Part shown: positions 26,168 through 32,607 of the stretch, one piece after another
How the letters are laid out: every line of letters starts with the position of its first letter
How positions within the stretch are numbered: the stretch's first letter is position 1
Source: a virus
Strand: one strand, 5' to 3'
IMG/VR virus record: IMGVR_UViG_3300020176_000008
Coordinates: 1-32,607 of that record
Length of the DNA: 32,607 nucleotides
Translations under genes and position numbers: made by a program
The notes under the pieces: generated by a model
What the model was told of the DNA's origin: nothing
What the model saw: only the letters and a program-made list of their open reading frames with translations
Databases searched by the model: none

Positions 26168-26173
26168 AAAACT

Positions 26174-26641
26174 ATGACACGATTCACTGGAATCAATTCA
26201 GATCCATTTAAAGATTTTGATAAACTATGGGTTGGTTTCGATGACCAATTTGGTAGGATGTCAAAACTTCATAATGATCTATCAAAAACTTCCCAAAACT
26301 ATCCACCATACAATATCAAGAAAACGTCTGAAACTACTTACGTAGTTGAGATTGCTGTGGCCGGATTCCGACAAGAAGATATCAGTATTGAAACTGCTGA
26401 TGGAACCTTGACTGTAACGGGAAATGTGGGCGATAAACAAGAAGAGACTTTCCTTTTCAAAGGAATTTCTAATCGAGCTTTCACTCGTTCATTTGTTCTA
26501 GCCGAACATATTGAAGTAAAAGATGCTGAGATGCTTAATGGTATGCTTAGTATTTCACTTGAGTATATTGTGCCTGATCACAAAAAACCAAGGAAGATTG
26601 AAATTAAAACCTCAGATCAACCACAGTTGTTGACTGAATAA
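26174..26641 (+). CDS. hsp20: small heat shock protein Hsp20 (IbpA-like)
   Basis: YPPYNI, EIAVAGF, GISNRAFTRSF and NGMLSI.LE..P..KKPRKIEI. Confidence 0.95.
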   Translation: MTRFTGINSDPFKDFDKLWVGFDDQFGRMSKLHNDLSKTSQNYPPYNIKKTSETTYVVEIAVAGFRQEDISIETADGTLTVTGNVGDKQEETFLFKGISNRAFTRSFVLAEHIEVKDAEMLNGMLSISLEYIVPDHKKPRKIEIKTSDQPQLLTE

Positions 26642-26655
26642 ACCATGGAGTTGTT

Positions 26656-26946
26656 ATGACTATTAAATGTTTGAAATTGATCACCGGTGAAACAATCATC
26701 GGTGAAGTAGAAGAATCTAGTGACATTGTTTCTGTCGAAACACCTGCAGCAATCATATTGCAACAGACCGAGGATGGTAGAGTAAGTGCTAGTTTTGCTG
26801 CCTTTACTCCATATGCAAAGTTTGTCAAATTTAAAACGTCGGCAATTATTGCTGAAGTTATGATTGATGACCGTATGGCAGATGAATATCGTAGAATCTT
26901 CGGATCTGGATTAGTTGTAGCAACGGCAAATCAACTTCCAAAGTAA
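26656..26946 (+). CDS. conserved T4-like hypothetical (LKLITGE N-terminus, Sm-like fold suspected)
   Basis: Typical gene between hsp20 and g43; ends YRRIFGSGL; GGAG SD. Confidence 0.75.
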   Translation: MTIKCLKLITGETIIGEVEESSDIVSVETPAAIILQQTEDGRVSASFAAFTPYAKFVKFKTSAIIAEVMIDDRMADEYRRIFGSGLVVATANQLPK

Positions 26947-26947
26947 T

Positions 26948-26993
26948 TTTACTTTAATTCACGGACAGGATATAATATATGTATCCTGTCCGT
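26948..26993 (+). promoter_or_regulatory. g43 promoter embedded in a 12-bp inverted repeat
   Basis: TTTACT-N17-TATAAT (26971-76); arms ACGGACAGGATA (26961-72) and TATCCTGTCCGT (26982-93). Confidence 0.75.
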
Positions 26994-27008
26994 TTTAGTT
27001 TGTGAGAT

Positions 27009-29537
27009 ATGAAATTTTATACTAATGTGAATCGTTATGGCAATAATATCCTTCTACGTGGTTATGTAGATGGTAAACGTGTCAATCGTAAAGTTAAGTT
27101 TAGTCCGACGCTGTACACCAGGGCAAAAGGGCAAACTCAGTTCAAAACTTTAGATAACGTATTTGTCGAACCTAAAAAACTTGACACTATGCGTGATGCA
27201 AAAGACTTCATGGAACGTTACTCTGACGTAAGCAACTTTGAAGTATATGGTAATACAAACTACATTGCTCAGTTTGTGGCCGAAGAATACCCAGGACAAA
27301 TCCAATTCGATCGATCTAAAATCCGAATCCATGATATCGATATCGAGGTAGCATCCGACGATGGTTTTCCAGAACCAGATCAAGCTAATCATCCAGTAAC
27401 TGCAATTACAATCTACGATAGTATTACTAATGTGTATTTTGTGTGGGCCATGGGTGATTACGACGTTGATGCTCGCGACGATAAGATTAAAGATTGTAAT
27501 ATCCGCTATACTAAGTGCGTGGATGAACAGCACTTGCTTAAATGCTTTATTAAGTTTTGGTCTGATGAGTTTACTTCTCCGGATGTTGTAACTGGTTGGA
27601 ACATTCGTGCATTCGATATTCCATATCTGGTTAACCGTATTAATCGATTGTTTGGCGAGGATGCAATTAAGTCACTATCTCCATGGGGTTCTGTCCAAGA
27701 GAAGATGGTAACTATGCGGAAGGGTCAAGTTCAAATCTATGAGATCACTGGTATTGCTCAGGTTGATTACATGGATCTGTTCATGAAGTTTGGCTATTCA
27801 TTCGGTCCTCAAGAATCGTACTCGTTAAATCACATTGCAAACACCGTACTCGGTGAAGAGAAACTATCATATGAAGAGTATGGAGATCTACACACTCTCT
27901 ACAAAGAGAATCATCAAAAGTTTATCGATTACAACATTCGTGACGTTAACTTGGTTGAGCGAATAGAAGATAAGATCGGTTTGATGACTTTATGTTTTAC
28001 TATGGCTTATAAAGCTGGCGTAAACTATAATGACACATTCGGAACTACTGGTATATGGGATACGCTGATCTATCGTTATCTTCTTGAACAGAACATTATC
28101 GTTCCTCCTAACAAGGATAGTTTCAAGACCGATTACGAGGGTGGTTATGTAAAAGAACCTCAATGTGGTGTACACGACTGGGTTGCTTCGTTTGACGTCA
28201 ACTCTCTGTATCCTAATATTATTGTCCAATGGAACATGTCACCAGAGACTATTCTCAAAGGTGATATTGAACCAAACATGAATGTTGATAGGTGTTTAAA
28301 TGAATTTAAGAATCCGCACGCTGACAAATCTATGGCTGCTTCGGGTCAGTATTTCGATAATTCTCGTCAGGGTTTCATGCCGAAGATTATTGAGGCTATG
28401 TACGATGAGCGAGTACAAATCAAGAAGAAGATGCTTGATTCAAAAAAAGAACTTGAAAAGGTCGACAAGACTAACAAGACTGAAGTATACCGTATCGAAC
28501 GTGATATCGCGACATTTGAAAACCAACAAATGACCGTTAAGATTCTTCTTAACTCTCTTTATGGTGCGTTAGGTAATCGTTACTTCCGTTACTTTACGAT
28601 GGAAATTGCAGAAGGTATTACACTAACTGGTCAATACATCATCAAGTGGGCAGAGAAGAACGTGAATGCGTATCTCAACACCGTCATGAAAACTAACAAC
28701 GACTATGTGATTGCAATCGATACTGATTCTGTCTATGTTTGTCTAGGTGCACTGGTTGATCAAGTTATGCCTGGTAAGTCAAAAGATAAAGTTGTCGACT
28801 TCCTTGATAAGGTATGTGCCAAGATTGAAACCGATGTACTCGATGTTGCATTCAAGGAGCTGATGGAAAACACCGGTGCGTTTAAGCAACGTATCTCCAT
28901 GAAGCGTGAAAGTATTGCCGATCGTGGTATTTGGTCTGCCAAGAAGCGATACATTCTGAACGTATGGGACAATGAAGGTGTTCGTTACACAAAGCCTAAG
29001 CTAAAGATCATGGGTATTGAAGCTATTAAGTCTTCTACCCCAGCCCCATGTCGTGAAGCTTTTAAGGATCTATTTAATATCTTGATTTCAGGTACTGAGC
29101 AACAGACTCAAGAGTTTATCGCAGACTTCCGTAAGAAGTTTAACTCATTGCCTGTTGAAGAGAAGTCTTTCCCTCGTGGCGTTAGTGCGGTTCAGAAGTA
29201 TGTAGATAAGAAGACTAAGTCTTACATCAAAGGTACTCCTATAAATTCACGTGCTGCTATCTTACATAACTACTTGTTGGATCGTCATGGATTGAAAAAC
29301 ATTGCTCCTATTCGTGCGGGTGAAAAGATCAAGTATGTGTATCTGAATCCACGCAATCCACTTCGTGAAGATGTTATCGGCTTCCAAAATATTCTTCCAA
29401 AAGAATTTGATATGCATCGCTATATCGATAACGCAAAACAATTTGACAAAGCATTCCTCGGGCCCGCTAAAATCATCTTAGACTCAATCGGATGGAAGGC
29501 TGAAGAGGAATCATCACTAGAGGACTTTTTTGGATGA
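27009..29537 (+). CDS. 43: family B DNA polymerase gp43
   Basis: Exo DIDIEV and GWN...FDIPY; pol DVNSLYP, KILLNSLYGALGN, DTDS and KKRY; unsplit, no intein apparent. Confidence 0.98.
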   Translation: MKFYTNVNRYGNNILLRGYVDGKRVNRKVKFSPTLYTRAKGQTQFKTLDNVFVEPKKLDTMRDAKDFMERYSDVSNFEVYGNTNYIAQFVAEEYPGQIQFDRSKIRIHDIDIEVASDDGFPEPDQANHPVTAITIYDSITNVYFVWAMGDYDVDARDDKIKDCNIRYTKCVDEQHLLKCFIKFWSDEFTSPDVVTGWNIRAFDIPYLVNRINRLFGEDAIKSLSPWGSVQEKMVTMRKGQVQIYEITGIAQVDYMDLFMKFGYSFGPQESYSLNHIANTVLGEEKLSYEEYGDLHTLYKENHQKFIDYNIRDVNLVERIEDKIGLMTLCFTMAYKAGVNYNDTFGTTGIWDTLIYRYLLEQNIIVPPNKDSFKTDYEGGYVKEPQCGVHDWVASFDVNSLYPNIIVQWNMSPETILKGDIEPNMNVDRCLNEFKNPHADKSMAASGQYFDNSRQGFMPKIIEAMYDERVQIKKKMLDSKKELEKVDKTNKTEVYRIERDIATFENQQMTVKILLNSLYGALGNRYFRYFTMEIAEGITLTGQYIIKWAEKNVNAYLNTVMKTNNDYVIAIDTDSVYVCLGALVDQVMPGKSKDKVVDFLDKVCAKIETDVLDVAFKELMENTGAFKQRISMKRESIADRGIWSAKKRYILNVWDNEGVRYTKPKLKIMGIEAIKSSTPAPCREAFKDLFNILISGTEQQTQEFIADFRKKFNSLPVEEKSFPRGVSAVQKYVDKKTKSYIKGTPINSRAAILHNYLLDRHGLKNIAPIRAGEKIKYVYLNPRNPLREDVIGFQNILPKEFDMHRYIDNAKQFDKAFLGPAKIILDSIGWKAEEESSLEDFFG

Positions 29538-30124
29538 ACCAATTATTAGATTATATAAAAGTTTATGATGATGTTCTGGATGAAAATATTTGCCAGAATC
29601 TGATTGACACATTTGAAACATTCAACCCACAAAAATCTCCATTCTATCGACAATCAAAAAATTCATGGGATCTAGACTATCGTCAGTTTTATGAATTTGA
29701 TATTGCACGAGTAGTTGAATTTAATCATTTCATAAATCCGGTATATAATGTTGCTAAGAATATATTTGCACGATACAATCGTGAATGCGGTAGATTCTTT
29801 CCGGAAAAGATGGGTTTCGAAGATCTGCGAATAAAACGATATGATGCGAATGGAATTGATCAATTTGGTTGGCATGCGGATGTTGGCAATTACGCATCAG
29901 CTCGCAGATTCTTAGTTATGTTCTTTTACTTAAATGATGTAGAGGAAGGAGGCGAGACCGAATTTCAATTTTCTGGTGATTACTCGAAGGTCCCGGACTT
30001 TACAGTAAAACCTAAACGTGGTAGAATAGTAGTATTCCCCCCAATGTGGATGTTCCCTCATCGTGGTTGTATGCCTATAAGCGGATCAAAATACATCCTT
30101 TCGACCTATGCTCATTATCAATAG
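29534..30124 (+). CDS. 2OG-Fe(II) oxygenase (prolyl-4-hydroxylase-like)
   Basis: WHAD, YLNDVEEGGETEF and VFPP.W.FPHRG...KY; ATGA overlap with g43. Confidence 0.9.
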   Translation: MNQLLDYIKVYDDVLDENICQNLIDTFETFNPQKSPFYRQSKNSWDLDYRQFYEFDIARVVEFNHFINPVYNVAKNIFARYNRECGRFFPEKMGFEDLRIKRYDANGIDQFGWHADVGNYASARRFLVMFFYLNDVEEGGETEFQFSGDYSKVPDFTVKPKRGRIVVFPPMWMFPHRGCMPISGSKYILSTYAHYQ

Positions 30125-30132
30125 GAGTTTCT

Positions 30133-31212
30133 ATGAGTATCCTTGACAAAATTAAAAAGAACAGTACGATTAAAGAATCTGCTGTGTTGGCTCAATCAAA
30201 GTTCTTTCAAAAGAAAGATATGATTCCAACTTCTATTCCAATCATCAACGTCGCATTGAGTGGACGTCTTGATGGTGGACTAACTCCTGGTCTTACAATG
30301 TGGGCAGGTCCTTCTAAACACTTTAAGACTGCATTCTCCCTGCTGATGGCTAAGTCATATCTTGACAAGTATCCTGATGCTGCATTGTTATTCTATGATT
30401 CAGAGTTTGGCACTCCTCAATCATACTTTGATGCATTCGGTATCGATACTGATCGTGTATTGCATACTCCTATCATGGACGTTGAACAACTAAAGTTTGA
30501 TATCATGCAGCAGCTTACCAATATTACACGCGGTGATCATGTTATTATTGTTGTGGATTCTATTGGTAACTTGGCTTCTAAGAAAGAAGTTGAAGATGCT
30601 ATGGATGGTAAGTCTGTTGCAGATATGAGTCGCGCAAAGCAAATGAAGTCATTGTTCCGTATGGTTACTCCCCACTTGACGATGAAAGATATCCCAATGG
30701 TTGTTGTTAACCATACATACAAAACCATGGAACTATACTCTAAAGACGTTGTGGGTGGTGGTACAGGTTCGTACTACTCAGCAGATAACATCTTCATCTT
30801 GGGACGTCAGCAAGAAAAAGAAGGTACTGAAATCGTTGGTTATAACTTCATTATTAACGTAGAAAAATCTCGATATGTTAAAGAAAAATCTAAAATCCCT
30901 GTGTCAGTATCTTACAATGGTGGCATTAGCACTTGGTCTGGGTTGCTTGATATTGCTATCGAATCAGGACACGTTGTCAAACCTAGCAATGGTTGGTATT
31001 CAAAAGTAGATATTGAAAGTGGTGAAATTGAAGAAAAGAAGTACCGTCTCAAGGAAATCGATAATCGTGATTTCTGGATGCCTATCGTTACTTCAAAGTC
31101 ATTTAATGATTTCGTGAACAAGAAGTATCAAGTTTCATTTGGCGATATCATCAAGGATGAAGACATTACAAAGGATTTAGAAAACTATGATGACGCAACT
31201 GAAGCCGCATAA
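30133..31212 (+). CDS. uvsX: RecA-like recombinase UvsX
   Basis: AGPSKHFKT, FYDSEFG, DSIGNLAS and VVNHTY; AGGAG SD supports ATG 30133. Confidence 0.96.
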   Translation: MSILDKIKKNSTIKESAVLAQSKFFQKKDMIPTSIPIINVALSGRLDGGLTPGLTMWAGPSKHFKTAFSLLMAKSYLDKYPDAALLFYDSEFGTPQSYFDAFGIDTDRVLHTPIMDVEQLKFDIMQQLTNITRGDHVIIVVDSIGNLASKKEVEDAMDGKSVADMSRAKQMKSLFRMVTPHLTMKDIPMVVVNHTYKTMELYSKDVVGGGTGSYYSADNIFILGRQQEKEGTEIVGYNFIINVEKSRYVKEKSKIPVSVSYNGGISTWSGLLDIAIESGHVVKPSNGWYSKVDIESGEIEEKKYRLKEIDNRDFWMPIVTSKSFNDFVNKKYQVSFGDIIKDEDITKDLENYDDATEAA

Positions 31213-31531
31213 AGTTTTAGGTCGAATGATAGATGGCGTAGATACCCATGCGCTATCTCTCGAAGAAGGAGACTTTGCAGATATTATCTTTCTGTATAAG
31301 AATGTCTCCTTCGACGAGGATAAAGAAAACGACAAGCTAAAGCTTAGATTCGAATACGAAGTTATCGAAGTTCCAGAATATCGCCATGGATACGATAAGA
31401 TCGAATTCGAAGCTGAATTAGGGGATTTTTTGGTACAATTGTTATTCTACGGATTAGAAAAAGACCACTTAGGATTTATTGATGACAACGAGCGTTCAAC
31501 AGACCATCTTATCAAACCTCATTCACAATGA
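31187..31531 (+). CDS. 40: head vertex assembly chaperone gp40-like
   Basis: EGDFADIIFLYKNVSF..LRFEYEV..LGDFLVQL; syntenic between uvsX and g41. Confidence 0.7.
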   Translation: MMTQLKPHKVLGRMIDGVDTHALSLEEGDFADIIFLYKNVSFDEDKENDKLKLRFEYEVIEVPEYRHGYDKIEFEAELGDFLVQLLFYGLEKDHLGFIDDNERSTDHLIKPHSQ

Positions 31532-32607
31532 GGAATTTTGCAGAAAAGTTTCTCCTTTCCTGAAGTCTGAGTACTTCACGGATCATTTTGAGAATGTTGT
31601 ATTCAACACATTGCAGGACTTTTTTGCAAAGTACAATAAGCCTGCAAGCATGGATATCTTAAAGATCCAGATTCGTGATATTGAAAAACTAAACGGAGAT
31701 CAAGTCGATAGTATCGATACATACATCGACAATCTAAACTTTCGTACTGATAACATGGAATGGTTAGTTGAGACCAGTGAAAAGTTCTGTAAAGATCGTG
31801 CAGTATACAACGCGATTCTAGATTCAATTAGTATCATCGATGGCAAAGATACTAAGACTAGTAAGGATGCAATTCCTTCTATCTTGTCCGATGCATTGGC
31901 GGTATCATTCGACTCTGCTATCGGCCACGATTACATTGAAGACTTTGAATCTCGATATGATTTTTATACTCGTGTAGAAGAGAAGGTTGCATTTGATATT
32001 GATCTATTGAATAAGATTACTAAGGGTGGTTTATCTCGCAAAACACTTAATGTAATTCTTGCTGGCACTGGCGTTGGTAAGTCATTGGCTATGTGTCATA
32101 TGGCTGCATCAACTCTAATGCAAGGATTGAATGTATTGTATATTACAATGGAAATGGCAGAAGAACGTATCGCAGAACGTATTGATGCAAACCTTATGAA
32201 TATGACCATGGAAGAAATGGCAACGGTTGATAAGGACATCTACGAGACTCGATTCGAACGTGTCGCCAAGAAGACCCGCGGTAAACTAATCATCAAGGAA
32301 TATCCAACTGCATCTGCACACACTGGTCACTTCCAAGCTTTGATCGAAGAGTTGAAGATGAAACGTAACTTTCTCCCCGATATGATTATCATTGATTACT
32401 TGAACATCTGTACTTCTTCTCGAATCAAGCAAGGTGCTAACGTTAACTCTTACACATATATTAAATCGATTGCTGAAGAAATCCGTGGTATGGCTGTTAA
32501 GTATAATGTTCCTATTTTATCAGCAACACAAACTACTCGAGGCGGCTATGACAACACGGATGTGGGACTTACTGATACTTCTGAATCTTTCGGATTGCCT
32601 GCTACTG
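31482..32607 (+). CDS. 41: replicative helicase gp41, 3'-truncated (absent from the ORF track)
   Basis: Read manually: MTTSVQQTILSNLIHNEEFCRKV.., LAGTGVGKS, YITMEMAEERIAERIDAN, IDYLNI and SATQTTR. Confidence 0.95.
   Translation, partial: MTTSVQQTILSNLIHNEEFCRKVSPFLKSEYFTDHFENVVFNTLQDFFAKYNKPASMDILKIQIRDIEKLNGDQVDSIDTYIDNLNFRTDNMEWLVETSEKFCKDRAVYNAILDSISIIDGKDTKTSKDAIPSILSDALAVSFDSAIGHDYIEDFESRYDFYTRVEEKVAFDIDLLNKITKGGLSRKTLNVILAGTGVGKSLAMCHMAASTLMQGLNVLYITMEMAEERIAERIDANLMNMTMEEMATVDKDIYETRFERVAKKTRGKLIIKEYPTASAHTGHFQALIEELKMKRNFLPDMIIIDYLNICTSSRIKQGANVNSYTYIKSIAEEIRGMAVKYNVPILSATQTTRGGYDNTDVGLTDTSESFGLPAT

Noticed and set aside
27009-29537. Introns, inteins or homing endonucleases in g43 (also checked g17, g41, uvsW, uvsX)
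   Set aside because: ORFs are continuous and of normal length, with no splice-junction, HNH, GIY-YIG or LAGLIDADG motifs seen.
1758-31827. Numerous 60-130 aa alternative-frame and minus-strand ORFs in the ORF track
   Set aside because: They lie within well-supported core genes, mostly as antisense shadows of biased codon usage, with no SD or recognisable motifs.
1-32607. Stop-codon reassignment (alternative genetic code)
   Set aside because: All core genes are full length under the standard code.

Overview
This window is a 32.6-kb, gene-dense, entirely plus-strand segment of a T4-like myovirus genome. It starts inside a repeat-containing fibre-like structural gene and runs through the virion core: gp15, gp17, gp18, gp19, gp20, small head-core ORFs, gp21, gp22, gp23 and gp3. 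Next come uvsY, uvsW, gp55 and gp47/46, then an early accessory island (HEXXH+VWA protein, two tiny ORFs behind duplicated promoters, CobS/MoxR-like AAA+, HTH protein, dATP/dGTP diphosphohydrolase). The replication block follows: gp45, gp44, gp62, regA, hsp20, gp43, a 2OG-Fe(II) oxygenase, uvsX, gp40 and a truncated gp41. The proteins are mostly ordinary T4-like core, and the unusual signals are non-coding. (1) A ~170-nt multi-hairpin leader ends in a ROSE-like SD-sequestering stem before hsp20. (2) A 28/30-identical element directly follows both tail-completion genes (g15, g3) and looks like an antisense promoter. (3) Two promoters have their -10 box inside 12-bp perfect inverted repeats. (4) A terminator/pseudoknot leader precedes the HTH gene. 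Assignments come from motif recognition and synteny only. No searches were run and the host cannot be determined.
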